Positions 1-9,877 of a stretch of DNA of 64,000 bases are shown one piece after another. Each line of letters opens with the position of its first letter. Positions within the stretch are counted from its first letter, which is position 1. The stretch is from Candidatus Bathyarchaeota archaeon (lineage in GTDB: Archaea; Thermoproteota; Bathyarchaeia; 40CM-2-53-6). A program made the position numbers and the translations under genes. Below the pieces are notes generated by a model that saw only the letters and a list, made by a program, of their open reading frames with translations, was not told the DNA's origin and ran no database searches. Location of the stretch: positions 64,001 through 128,000 of the forward strand of contig CAWHWX010000012.1 in NCBI GenBank assembly GCA_963833125.1. The letters run 5' to 3'.

Positions 1-1167
1 GCCTGCTACGCCGTAGAAATTGTTCGCGACACCTGGCAAAGCGGCTTGCACGGCGGCTCCGTCATTTTTGCCAACCGCTAGAATGGTTAGTGCTGCAACC
101 CAAGTGGCGTCGTATGCTGAGTATGCGTATGCATCAGGTTGTCCACCGTATTTGGCTACGTAGGCAGCCGTGAAAGCTGCGTACTTGGCTCCTCTTGTGG
201 GTGCGTAGATTGTGCTTAGTGATTTGACCGCAGCGGCGGTACTGCCTGATGTCGAAGCGACCGTCCCGCTTTCAGCAGTTCCGTCCGTTCCGAACCACAC
301 TGTCTTGGTCAATGCTGGGTAGCTTGATAGTTGCTGGTAGACTACTGACAATTCGTCGAATGAGACTGCGACGACTGCGACACTGCTTGCGCCGTATTTC
401 GCGACTGCAGCGTTGTAGTCGCTCGTCATTGTGGTGAGTTGGGCTGAGAAGTCGTAGGTGCCAGATGAGATCGGGGTGTATTGTACGGTATCAACGATGG
501 TTCCTCCAAGAGCTTGGTATTTGGTTTCAAAGGCGCCGCTGAGTCCGTCACCCCATGTATCATGGCGTGCGAGGACTATCGCGTCCTTGACTCCGTATGA
601 CCAAACCACACGCGCCACTGCTGCGCTTTGCGCGAAATCGGTTGGGACCAGCCTGAAGAGGTAGTCGTTGGGGATTCCTAGATCCTCAGCTGTTGATGAT
701 TGGCTGATGAGTACTAGGTGGTTGGTGTTGGCGTAAGATAGCACGTTTCTTGCTTCGGCGCTTGTCATTGGGCCAACATAGACTTGAATTCCTTGAGCGG
801 CTAGGGTTTGGAGTTTCGACAAACATGTAGCTGGGTCTGTCGCTGTGTCTTCGTGGGTTACTGCAAACTGGACGCTAGAACCTGTCGTTGATAGCCATGA
901 GTTTATGTCCGATATGGCCATGTCGATAGAGTTCTTACTGCGTTGGCCGTAGGCTGATAGGTCCCCGGTTAGTGCAACCAAGTCACCGATCGTAATTGTT
1001 CCCGATAGGCCTTGAGCCATTGTAGTAGATGCCGTCATGCTTGAACTGGACGTTGATGTTAGCCCCAATGATGGGGCTGCTGCGTACATTACAACCATGC
1101 CGACTAGTATGCCGACGATTAGAGTAGCAATTGCCATTTTCGAGGATGATTTCTTGCCTTCTGACAT
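1..1167 (-). CDS. Branched-chain amino acid ABC transporter substrate-binding protein (LivK-like), 3'-truncated by window edge
   Basis: Manual translation from ATG at 1167: MSEGKKSSSKMAIATLIVGILVGMVV (TM anchor) ... TIGDLVALTGDLSAYG ... WFGTDG ... NFYGVAG. Same frame at the start, middle and window edge. Divergent from the LivH/LivM permeases. Confidence 0.85.
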   Translation of the reverse strand, partial: MSEGKKSSSKMAIATLIVGILVGMVVMYAAAPSLGLTSTSSSSMTASTTMAQGLSGTITIGDLVALTGDLSAYGQRSKNSIDMAISDINSWLSTTGSSVQFAVTHEDTATDPATCLSKLQTLAAQGIQVYVGPMTSAEARNVLSYANTNHLVLISQSSTAEDLGIPNDYLFRLVPTDFAQSAAVARVVWSYGVKDAIVLARHDTWGDGLSGAFETKYQALGGTIVDTVQYTPISSGTYDFSAQLTTMTSDYNAAVAKYGASSVAVVAVSFDELSVVYQQLSSYPALTKTVWFGTDGTAESGTVASTSGSTAAAVKSLSTIYAPTRGAKYAAFTAAYVAKYGGQPDAYAYSAYDATWVAALTILAVGKNDGAAVQAALPGVANNFYGVAG

Positions 1168-1282
1168 AGAAATTCCTTAAACCTAATCCGGGCTTTGGAA
1201 AGATATTTAAGACTTCCCACAAAGAGGTACTGGGCCTCTTGAGGCTAAGCTGAGTGGAAAAATCTCTGGCCTGCAGCCGTTT

Positions 1283-2194
1283 ATGGCAGATGCGATAGTC
1301 TACGGTTGCCTATTTGCCCTGATGAGTATGGGCCTGACGCTAACCTACATGACTACCAAAGTCCCGAATTTCGCGCACGGATCTTTCGTTACGGTCGCCG
1401 TTTACCTCGCCTTCACACTTTATCATTTTGATAATCTTTCAGCCTACTACTCTATCCCATTCTCATTCCTACTCGTAGGAGCGACTGCGGCTGCAATGTA
1501 TCGACTAATTCTGAAACCGCTGTCAGCAAGAGGAGCGTCACTAGTTTCGTTAATGATTTCGACTCTAGCAGTGGACATAGCATTCATAGGAATCTTCGGC
1601 ATCTTCTCGGACACGCTTTCCAACGTGTACAAGGTCTTCAACAGCAAATTTTTCCTCCTAGCGGATACGGACTTCAGTATCTTCGGTTTGAGAGGATTGG
1701 TGGTGATAGCGCCGATTTTTGTTGTGTTGGTAACTGCGATTTTATGGCTATCTTTAACCAAGACTAAGTTCGGAATCGCGATGCGCGCCGCGGTTGAGAA
1801 TCCGAACCTTGCTGGCGTTCTCGGAATTAATATTGAACGGGTGTATCTTGTTTCTTGGTTTATCGCTGGCGGATTAGCAGGGATTGCAGGGTCCCTTATG
1901 GTACTGTGGCTTCCGGGAAACCCTCACGTCGGATCAGACTTCATCGTAGCGATTTTCGCATCTAGCATTCTCGGCGGGCTTTTGAGTGTTTATGGAGCTG
2001 TAATAGGAGGGCTGATGGTAGGGGGTTTGACGGTGCTTCTTACTGTCTATGGCAGTGAACTCTTGGGGTCGTGGGTTTCGGCTTGGGAGGTCGGAATGCC
2101 GATGCTGATCATGGTGGCCTCCCTTTTGGTAGTTCCTGAGGGCGTCACTGGTGTAAACTGGAAACGCATTCTTGCGGCTTTCCGGAAGCGGTGA
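1283..2194 (+). CDS. livH: Branched-chain amino acid ABC transporter permease (LivH-like)
   Basis: GLTLTY...NFAHG and TKFGIAMRAAVENPNLA..LGIN motifs; multi-TM. Confidence 0.85.
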   Translation: MADAIVYGCLFALMSMGLTLTYMTTKVPNFAHGSFVTVAVYLAFTLYHFDNLSAYYSIPFSFLLVGATAAAMYRLILKPLSARGASLVSLMISTLAVDIAFIGIFGIFSDTLSNVYKVFNSKFFLLADTDFSIFGLRGLVVIAPIFVVLVTAILWLSLTKTKFGIAMRAAVENPNLAGVLGINIERVYLVSWFIAGGLAGIAGSLMVLWLPGNPHVGSDFIVAIFASSILGGLLSVYGAVIGGLMVGGLTVLLTVYGSELLGSWVSAWEVGMPMLIMVASLLVVPEGVTGVNWKRILAAFRKR

Positions 2195-3306
2195 GTGAAA
2201 TGCAGCTCCCACAGATCTTTTTCCTTGGCATAAACGTCATACTCTTCGGCCTGGATTTGCTTGCGTTCTTCGCGCTCTATTTAGCGATCAGTTTGACCTT
2301 GAACTTAGAATTCGGTTATACGGGTATTGCGAATTTCGGTAAAGTATTGTTCATAGCGGCAGGTGCGGCGGTTGGGGGGTCTTTTGCAGGAAGATTTGCC
2401 GCATGGATCTTCAACGTAAGTACGCAGGGGGATTTCATCAGGTACAACGCGAATATTATTCCGCAAGTCAATACCGTCTTGTCCACGAGCCTGCCCGCCT
2501 CGATTGGGCTTCTACTTGTTTCTGTAGTCGTGGCGGGGGCAGTTGGTGCTTTGTTCGGATTCCTGTTCTCGTACCCAGCCATCAGGCTCAAGCAGGATTA
2601 CTTGGCGATGACGCTGCTGGCCATGGCTCAGTTCTTCCAGATCTTTCTTAACAATTATTACCCGCTAATCGGTGGGAGTTTAGGCTTGGAGCTCCCGGAT
2701 CCATATGTTTGTGCTGGCGGTCTTAGATATGTCGTTGCGACGGGAGTGCTGGTTGTATTCGCTGCGCTGGTCTACATCTATTGCGAAAGGATAGCGCATG
2801 CTCCGCTTGCGAGAACACTGAGGGCGGTGCGGGATAATGAGGCTGCTGCGGAAGCGTTGGGCAAAGACGATGTTGCCATTCGACGAAAGACTTTGATGGT
2901 CGCGTCCGCCATTAGCGCAATCGCAGGGTTGCTATACTCATTCTACACCGTAGACGTGCTTCCCGCAACTTTCGGTCGCGTTGTTTGGACTTTCTGGCCG
3001 TGGGTGATTGTAATCATGGGTGGGGCGGCGAATAATTTGGGCGTAGGGATCGGTGTCTTCGTCTTTTGGTTCATGATCAAGGCCATCGATTCAGGAAAAT
3101 TCATCTTCTCGCGCTACATTCCGTTTGACGTTACTTGGCTTGAGTATCTGCTGATAGGAGCAATTCTGATAGCCATTTTGATAATTCGTCCGGAGGGAAT
3201 TCTGCCAGAGAAGTCCACCCCGACTTTGTCTAAATCCAGGCTTCGAGCGATCTTAGCGAAGTATGGGAAAAAACCTGAAGATAGTCCAAAAGCCAGCTCC
3301 GCATGA
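2191..3306 (+). CDS. livM: Branched-chain amino acid ABC transporter permease (LivM-like)
   Basis: LNLEFGYTGIANFG, RLKQDYLAMTLL and LRAVRDNEAAAEALG motifs; GTGA overlap with livH. Confidence 0.85.
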   Translation: MSEMQLPQIFFLGINVILFGLDLLAFFALYLAISLTLNLEFGYTGIANFGKVLFIAAGAAVGGSFAGRFAAWIFNVSTQGDFIRYNANIIPQVNTVLSTSLPASIGLLLVSVVVAGAVGALFGFLFSYPAIRLKQDYLAMTLLAMAQFFQIFLNNYYPLIGGSLGLELPDPYVCAGGLRYVVATGVLVVFAALVYIYCERIAHAPLARTLRAVRDNEAAAEALGKDDVAIRRKTLMVASAISAIAGLLYSFYTVDVLPATFGRVVWTFWPWVIVIMGGAANNLGVGIGVFVFWFMIKAIDSGKFIFSRYIPFDVTWLEYLLIGAILIAILIIRPEGILPEKSTPTLSKSRLRAILAKYGKKPEDSPKASSA

Positions 3307-3345
3307 CGAAATCTTAGGTTTCAGTTATGAACGGAGAGCATTCAG

Positions 3346-3657
3346 TTACTTCTTTCGCGGATTCCTGCGTTTCACAATTGAGTATGTCGCGAAACAAAGA
3401 AGCAAGGCTGCAAGCAGGAGCAGAACAGGCGCTAATGGCGAGCATGAACTAGGCGGCGAATTTAATGGGTAATCCATGCACTCTGAGAAAGGAAAGGGTT
3501 GCGACGGGCCTGATCCAAGTAACGCTATTAGCAAACCAAGTGAGACGGAGAGAACAATCGTGATCGTTACTCCAATGGCAAGTCGCAAATCTCTCACTTG
3601 ACAACTCAAGGTCCTCGGACAACTTATAACAGAATCGGGATCGCAGAGGCGGGCCAT
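3346..3657 (-). CDS. Small hypothetical two-TM membrane protein
   Basis: Two hydrophobic segments and a basic C-terminus (KRRNPRKK); no family recognised. Confidence 0.4.
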   Translation of the reverse strand: MARLCDPDSVISCPRTLSCQVRDLRLAIGVTITIVLSVSLGLLIALLGSGPSQPFPFSECMDYPLNSPPSSCSPLAPVLLLLAALLLCFATYSIVKRRNPRKK

Positions 3658-3809
3658 TGTGAGGAAGCATAATGGGAGAGCAAGAGCAGGTTCGTAATTA
3701 TAACCCCACGCTCATGACTCATCCGGTAGAATCTGTAGTCGAGCGTCTTGTCGGTTATCGAACGGACTAGACTAGATGTTTGTCTTGGCGCATGCTAGGT
3801 GTGAATAAG

Positions 3810-3919
3810 TGGTGGGCCTGGCCGGATTCGAACCGGCGACCCCACGATCTCAAAGCTGCGCTTATCAGTCGTGTGCTCCAGCTGCACCCTAAGATTGGCC
3901 CATGCTGAGCTACAGGCCC
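3810..3919 (-). tRNA. tRNA-Ile(GAT) with two introns (D-loop, about 18 nt; 37/38, 14 nt)
   Basis: Reverse complement: GGGCCTG TA GCTC AGCATGG[GCCAATCTTAGGGTGCAG]CTG GAGC A CACGA CT GAT A[AGCGCAGCTTTGAG]A TCGTG GGGTC GCCGG TTCGAAT CCGGC CAGGCCC A CCA. BHB-like pairing at both introns. Confidence 0.9.
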
Positions 3920-4090
3920 TTCGATTCGCTCGTATTCTCGGTTTTGTTTAAGGATTTGTTAGGCGTCCGCATTAGCCTAGCCGGTTTGGCGGTTCATGTG
4001 TCGCATAGTATTTTCCATCTATAGAAACGATGCGGTATTATAATTAGCATTTACCCGATGCTCGGTACTAATTACTGGAGCTAGGAGAAC

Positions 4091-4646
4091 ATGCAGGAGA
4101 TTCGATTCCACGGCCGCGCCGGGCAAGGCATCCTAACCGCAAGCCGCTTGTTTGCGCAAGCCGCCATTACTGATGGCAAATACGCCCAGGCGTTTCCCGA
4201 CTTTGGTCCCGAGAGGTTAGGGTCGCCACTTGCAGCCTTTGCGCGCATCGACGACGAGACCATTGAGATCAGAAGCCAGGTCTACACACCGAATGCGGTC
4301 GCGGTGTTCGAAGAAAGCCTCCTAGAAACCATTCCCAGTCACCAAAGGAATGCCTGCCAAAGGGTTCTTCGTAGTGAACTCTCCTGACGGAAAACTCGCG
4401 GCGGTTAAGAAGATGGGCGAGGAAGCTGCGGTTGTTCCCTATGCGATTGATGCGTCAAAGATCGCGATTGACCTCATCGGGAAGCCCACAGTGAGTACTA
4501 TTATGCTCGGTGCCTTGGCTGGAGCCTCAGGTTTTGTCACGGTTGATTCGTTAGAATCAGTAGTTAAACAGCGTTTTCACGGACCGATGGGTGAGACAAA
4601 CGCAAGGATGGTACGATCAGGGTTCAAGGAGGTTCATGAGATTTGA
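4091..4646 (+). CDS. porG: 2-oxoacid:ferredoxin oxidoreductase gamma subunit (one frameshift near 4340)
   Basis: [11 protein letters not shown]...[10 protein letters not shown]-terminus in ORF 4091-4387; C-terminal half (IDASKIA...TIMLGAL) in ORF 4350-4646. Confidence 0.85.
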
Positions 4647-4927
4647 ATACTGAAAGCAAGCCCGGTTGGCGGCAACTTGCACGCGGCGCCGTAATCGTTG
4701 AACCAGGGTCAGCCAAGCAATTTCACACTGGAGATTGGCGGACCAAGAAACCAATCCTACAAGAGTCGAAGTGCACCAACTGCCTATTCTGTTGGATCTG
4801 GTGCCCCGAACCCGCGATAATCCGCGAGCCTAAGGTAGTCTCCTTCGACTACGACCATTGCAAGGGATGCGGCATCTGCGCCGTGGAATGCCCTGTTCAT
4901 GCCATCACAATGATAGAGGAGCGATGA
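4643..4927 (+). CDS. porD: 2-oxoacid:ferredoxin oxidoreductase delta subunit (2x[4Fe-4S])
   Basis: [19 protein letters not shown] and [12 protein letters not shown] motifs. Confidence 0.9.
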   Translation: MNTESKPGWRQLARGAVIVEPGSAKQFHTGDWRTKKPILQESKCTNCLFCWIWCPEPAIIREPKVVSFDYDHCKGCGICAVECPVHAITMIEER

Positions 4928-6121
4928 ACTCGTTGAGTATAACGAAAACCCAAATGGTTCCAATGAGTGGTTCTGAAGCGATAGCAAAAGCGGCGGTACA
5001 ATCGAACATTGATTTCATCTCCGCGTACCCAATAACACCACAAACAATAATCGTAGAGCGCCTAAGCGACTTGGTCGCCGAAGGGGAGACGAAAGCAAAG
5101 TTCGTGAACGTTGAATCCGAACACTCTGCGATGTCCGCGTGCGTAGGCGCAAGCCTAGCCGGCGGCCGTGCCTTTACCGCCACTTCAAGCCAAGGTCTCG
5201 CTCTGATGCATGAGGTTCTATACTTGGCCTCAGGGTTGAGGTGCCCAATCGTTATGGGTGTCGCTAACCGTGCACTTTCGGCACCGATCAACATACACGG
5301 CGATCACTCTGACATGATGGGTTCTAGAGACTCTGGTTGGATTCAGTTGTATGTAGAGAACGGCCAGGAAGCGTACGATTGGGTTCTTCAAGCCTATCGT
5401 ATTGCGGAAGACGAACCGCGTTTCCTTGCCATTTTCTGTCAACATGGACGGATACGTAATCACTCACTCCGTAGAACCAATCGCACTGATCGACCAAGAT
5501 GCCACGAGCAAGTTTCTGCCGCCAAGACAGGCGTTGCTAAAACTTGATGCCGAGAAACCCATCACGATTGGGACACTTACGCTTCCTGACTACTACACAG
5601 AATTCAAGCGACAACAAGAAGAAGCTATGCGAAACGTTCCATCAGCGTTCGCTGACGTGACGAAAGACTTCACACAAATGAGCGGCAGAAGCTACGATCG
5701 CTTTCTACCATACGAAATCGAAGACGCGAAAGTCGCTATCGTCTCGCTGGGAAGTGCAAGTGGCACAGTGAGATGGGTTGCGAGGAATCTGCGCAAGAAA
5801 GGCTTGCCCGTTGGAGCTTTGAAGATCGCACTCTACAGACCGTTCCCACACGAAGAAGTCGGGAGAATGTTGGAGGGGCTTGATGTTGTAATAGTACTTG
5901 AGCGAGCTATGAGCTTAGGCTCCCATTGCGGCCCCCTCGCGAGCGACATAGTCTGTTCACTATACAACCGTTCGGAACAACCGAAAGTTTTGGATGTGGT
6001 CGCGGGACTCGGAGGGCGCGACCTCTCACCTGATAGCATCGAGCAAATCTTTCGAACAGGGCTAGGAACATCTCCTGGCTCAACTGGGTTGGAGATGGAG
6101 TTTGTGGGGGTGCGTGAATAA
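4924..6121 (+). CDS. porA: 2-oxoacid:ferredoxin oxidoreductase alpha subunit (one frameshift near 5415)
   Basis: [25 protein letters not shown] and [16 protein letters not shown] motifs; continues in ORF 5402-6121 to GLGGRD. Confidence 0.88.
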
Positions 6122-7042
6122 ATGGTAACCCTCAAAGAATTACAGGTCGAAGAACTCTACGGCCCAGGCCACCGCATGTGCGCTGGCTGCGGCGGCGCCG
6201 TTACCGCGAGAATGACCATGAAAGCAATGAAACGCCCAACATACGTGGTAAACGCCACCGGTTGCTTGGAAGTTGCAACAACTATCTACCCGTTCACGGC
6301 ATGGAGTGTTCCCTGGGTGCATGGCCTGTTTGAGAACGCCCCAGCCATCGCTAGCGGGATGGAAACCTACCTCAAGTCGAAAAACGATGGTAATCTCCAA
6401 GCCGACATCATAATCTTCGGGGGAGACGGCGGAACCTTCGACATCGGCTTACAAGCACTTTCAGGCGCATTTGAGAGAAGACATGACTTCGTCTATGTCT
6501 GTTACGACAACGAAGCCTACATGAACACCGGAATTCAACGATCGAGCGCAACACCCGAAGGGGCGTGGACGACCACGACGCCGGTTAGTGTTGCGTCACC
6601 AGGTAAGATCGGGCCGAAAAAGGATCTAGTCGCCATTGCCCTAGCTCATCACGTCGATTACGTAGCCACTGCCTGCACATCTTACTGGAGTGATTTCATC
6701 ACCAAGGTTCGTAAAGCTGCTGAGGTTGAAGGTCCAGCTCTGATTCACGCGATCGCCCCGTGTCCGCTGGGATGGCGTTTTCCGACGGATCAGACAATTC
6801 AGATGGGACGACTTGCGGTGCAGAGCCGATACTTCCCGCTCTACGAAGTTGAGAAAGGAAAGTACAAGATGAGCATCAGCCCACACCAAGTACCGCTTGA
6901 AGACTTCCTACGTCAGCAAGGTCGTTTCAGCCACCTGTTCCAACCTCCGGGCGCTCAGGAGCTTATGGTCTTGAAAACACAGGTTGAACAGCGCTGGGCT
7001 GCATTACAAGAACTCTGCCAAGGAAGACATCCAACGTGGTAA
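6122..7042 (+). CDS. porB: 2-oxoacid:ferredoxin oxidoreductase beta subunit (TPP-binding)
   Basis: GHRMCAGCG, GGDGGTFDIG, YDNEAYMNTGIQRS and PCPLGW motifs. Confidence 0.92.
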   Translation: MVTLKELQVEELYGPGHRMCAGCGGAVTARMTMKAMKRPTYVVNATGCLEVATTIYPFTAWSVPWVHGLFENAPAIASGMETYLKSKNDGNLQADIIIFGGDGGTFDIGLQALSGAFERRHDFVYVCYDNEAYMNTGIQRSSATPEGAWTTTTPVSVASPGKIGPKKDLVAIALAHHVDYVATACTSYWSDFITKVRKAAEVEGPALIHAIAPCPLGWRFPTDQTIQMGRLAVQSRYFPLYEVEKGKYKMSISPHQVPLEDFLRQQGRFSHLFQPPGAQELMVLKTQVEQRWAALQELCQGRHPTW

Positions 7043-7300
7043 CCTCACACGAATGACCTACTGAGATGGAGGTGAGAGATTCTTGGGTATGATCGGAAGA
7101 TGCGCCGAATGCCGCGATGCCTACGGAAACGACTGCGGAGTATGCACAGTATGCGGAGCCGCTCCTCACGAAGTATGTCTCCACTGCCCACCTAGTCTGA
7201 CACTCAGTGGCTAAATCAGTCTCCGGATGAGCCACTATCTTCAACGAGATTAGGGGATTAGATAAACGGTTTAAGTTAGTGTGGGTTTTGTGGCATTCCA

Positions 7301-7417
7301 GGGCCGGTAGTTCAGCCTGGTATGCCCGAATTTGCTTAGGGGCCAAAGAACGTCCGGTTCGCATCCACGCGAAGGAAAACCGGAAGGCCGCGGGTTCAAA
7401 TCCCGCCCGGTCCACCA
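7301..7417 (+). tRNA. tRNA-Ala(CGC) with two introns (D-arm, about 24 nt; anticodon loop, about 15 nt)
   Basis: GGGCCGG TA GTTC AGCCTGGTAT[GCCCGAATTTGCTTAGGGGCCAAA]GAAC G TCCGG TT CGC A[TCCACGCGAAGGAAA]A CCGGA AGGCC GCGGG TTCAAAT CCCGC CCGGTCC A CCA. G3:U70 Ala identity pair; TATA-like TTTAAG at about 7270. Confidence 0.9.
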
Positions 7418-7713
7418 ACAATCATTATCATTCATTCCACTCATTCTTCTTCCGACAAAGACTCATTTCAGATTATCAATGATAGGCGAATTCGAAATTC
7501 ATGAATCCGTCCCTCCTAGAGTTCTAGCTGAACCATCATAGAGACGAGCGGAATTGGGGAGTGAACGGCGACGGCGTTGACTACGATATATGCATCTAAA
7601 ACCGGTATACACAAAAGTCTCAATGGGCCGACGCAATTTTGGCTTGACTCTATGTTTTAGCTTCCGCAGTACTTTTCACAATCTACTTTCGGTGATTTTC
7701 ACGCACCTTTGTC

Positions 7714-8487
7714 ATGAATGATTTTCCTCTCCGGTGCGTCGTTTCAATCGAAAGGTGTGGGCGCTTGCAAAGGATGTTCCTCTTAGTACTTGTAGCGTTG
7801 ACTATTTTCGTCCCAGCCCCTAGCAGTATGGCGATCGCCCCTAAGGCACCATCTAGAGTTCTGATTCTCTCGTCCGTTGAGAGCCAATATCCGATGCAAT
7901 ATATACTCGACGTGAGGGCGGAGTTGAAACAGGCAGGCTATAACGTTACTTTCGTGAAGGGTGCGGCGATAACAATCAGTCTTCTCACGACTCAACTCGA
8001 TAAGTACGACATCGTAATTTGGCGAACCGACATGTACGTGCACGGCAACACAACTTACTGGTACCTCGGCGAGCCTGCTAACCAAACAACTCAGGAAGCA
8101 TATGCGGGAGCAATATCGCTCAGGACAATCGATGTTTCAAACGGAATGCTTGCCGTCAGTGCTGACTTCTTGAGCAGCAACTTCAGCCCAAACTCGCTCG
8201 CGAACGTCAAACTTGCAATTCTCATCTCTAGCATGTCAATAACAATCGCTCAGATATTCATCACGGCAGGAGTTAAGACAACCATTGACTTCTACCAACC
8301 CCTCAACACGCCCCTCAGCCTATTCGACTGGGTCACGAAATCACTCGTTGACTACATGACGACGGGAAGTAGCGTGAAGGATGCCATAGCAAAGACCATC
8401 TACAACTACGAATATGTGAGCTCACTCAGTGACACTTATTTGCCGCCAATTTCTTTCCTCGGCGATGGGAACCTACAAATCATCTGA
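7714..8487 (+). CDS. Hypothetical secreted protein
   Basis: 257-aa ORF with a signal-peptide-like hydrophobic N-terminus; no family recognised. Confidence 0.6.
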   Translation: MNDFPLRCVVSIERCGRLQRMFLLVLVALTIFVPAPSSMAIAPKAPSRVLILSSVESQYPMQYILDVRAELKQAGYNVTFVKGAAITISLLTTQLDKYDIVIWRTDMYVHGNTTYWYLGEPANQTTQEAYAGAISLRTIDVSNGMLAVSADFLSSNFSPNSLANVKLAILISSMSITIAQIFITAGVKTTIDFYQPLNTPLSLFDWVTKSLVDYMTTGSSVKDAIAKTIYNYEYVSSLSDTYLPPISFLGDGNLQII

Positions 8488-8934
8488 CCCAACACCCACT
8501 CGTCTGCAAGGTAAGTAAATACTCTCGAAGACCCACCGTTTCTTCGTCAGTAAGTCTTTTTAGCTATCGAACGAGCATCGCTGAACAAATCCGAAACACG
8601 CGGGTGCACACAAATTATGGGCAATAGCCGTAGAGACCTGACTCCGAACCAAACAGCCAGGCCAGCCGTCGCGCTCGCGTTCGTGATCGTGGGGTCCATC
8701 CTGGCATGGGTCCTGAGGTCCCCCGATCTTTCAACTCTCCTTATCGCCGTGATTGGAAGATTCCCACAGTTGCTTGACCCAAGTCTTCACTTGGACGGTG
8801 TGGTTTTTCTACGAAGTCAAATCGAACTGCTGCAGAACTTCTCGACCCAGATTGTTGCGAAAAGTGATTGGGTTACAGGCGAGATGAGGCCGCGCCCGGT
8901 CGCGGTCGGAATCAAACTCAAGTTCTTCTTAGCG

Positions 8935-9648
8935 GTGGCGACGACCGACGTTTCAATAGTAATTCCGACATGGAATGAAGAAAAATACCTAACCAAATGT
9001 CTCGACTCATTAATCAATCAGTCTTGGCACGGCTCGTTCGAAATTATCGTAGTCGATGGAGGCAGCAACGATCAGACCGTGCAAATCGCTGAGAAATATG
9101 CTGACAAAGTGCTTATCGAACCAAAGCTCCGGGTGGGGGCAGCAAGGAACGCAGGCGCTAGAAATGCGGAGGGCGATATTCTCGCATTTATCGATGGTGA
9201 CACGATTGCTAACTCGCATTGGCTAGAAGCAATCACACGTGGGTTTCATGAGGAATCTATGGCAGTCGGACTTACAGGGCCTACTCTGCCATATGATGGT
9301 CAGCTTTATGATGTTATAACCTATCGATTGTGGACAATTTATCTTCAAAGAATTCTGCTCCACTTTGAGATGCCCCACGTGATTGGTTTCAATTGCGCCT
9401 ACAGGCGTGCGCCGTTCCTGCATGTCGGAGGCTTCGATGAGGAGAATGTAATGTCAGAGGACATTAAACTCGCTCATAAGATACGCCGGTACGGTAAGAT
9501 CAAGTTCGATCGGCACATGTCAGCCCTGACGTCTGCGAGAAGGTTCAGAAAATATGGCCGAACCTACATTGCTGGTCTATACATCATGAACGGTTTCTCA
9601 ACACTCCTGCTCAACAGGAGCCATTCCGATTATCCTCCCGTCCGCTGA
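8935..9648 (+). CDS. Glycosyltransferase family 2
   Basis: VSIVIPTWNEE, IIVVDGGSND, AFIDGD and GGFDE...SED motifs. ORF is open from 8617, but the GT2 fold starts near GTG 8935. Confidence 0.88.
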   Translation: MATTDVSIVIPTWNEEKYLTKCLDSLINQSWHGSFEIIVVDGGSNDQTVQIAEKYADKVLIEPKLRVGAARNAGARNAEGDILAFIDGDTIANSHWLEAITRGFHEESMAVGLTGPTLPYDGQLYDVITYRLWTIYLQRILLHFEMPHVIGFNCAYRRAPFLHVGGFDEENVMSEDIKLAHKIRRYGKIKFDRHMSALTSARRFRKYGRTYIAGLYIMNGFSTLLLNRSHSDYPPVR

Positions 9649-9877
9649 ATGTCAGTTAATCCTTAAGCCGCTCGAACTTACACGTTTACCGTCGCAGAAT
9701 CCCACCGGGAATGCTTAAAGCTCAATTTCAATCGCATTCAAATGGATTGTAATGCAATTTCATTTAGGCCACTATTTGTCGGTGCGCTCGTCCTCATTTG
9801 GGGGATCGTCACGATAGTGGGCCAGATAATCATTAGCCTGTGGATTCTTTCGCACGCAATCAGGAGAACGTAGGGGA

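Noticed and set aside
4330-5430. Programmed ribosomal frameshifting in porG/porA
   Set aside because: No clear slippery heptamer, and similar indels occur throughout the window, so sequencing error is more parsimonious.
6963-7541. ORFs overlapping tRNA-Ala (similar ones overlap tRNA-Met at 37452-37921 and tRNA-Thr at 39159-39512)
   Set aside because: They are translations of tRNA sequence (e.g. AGFEPA, GSNP), not proteins.
8617-8934. N-terminal 106-aa extension of the GT2 ORF
   Set aside because: No recognisable domain; the GT2 fold starts at about 8935, so this is probably an open frame upstream of the real start.
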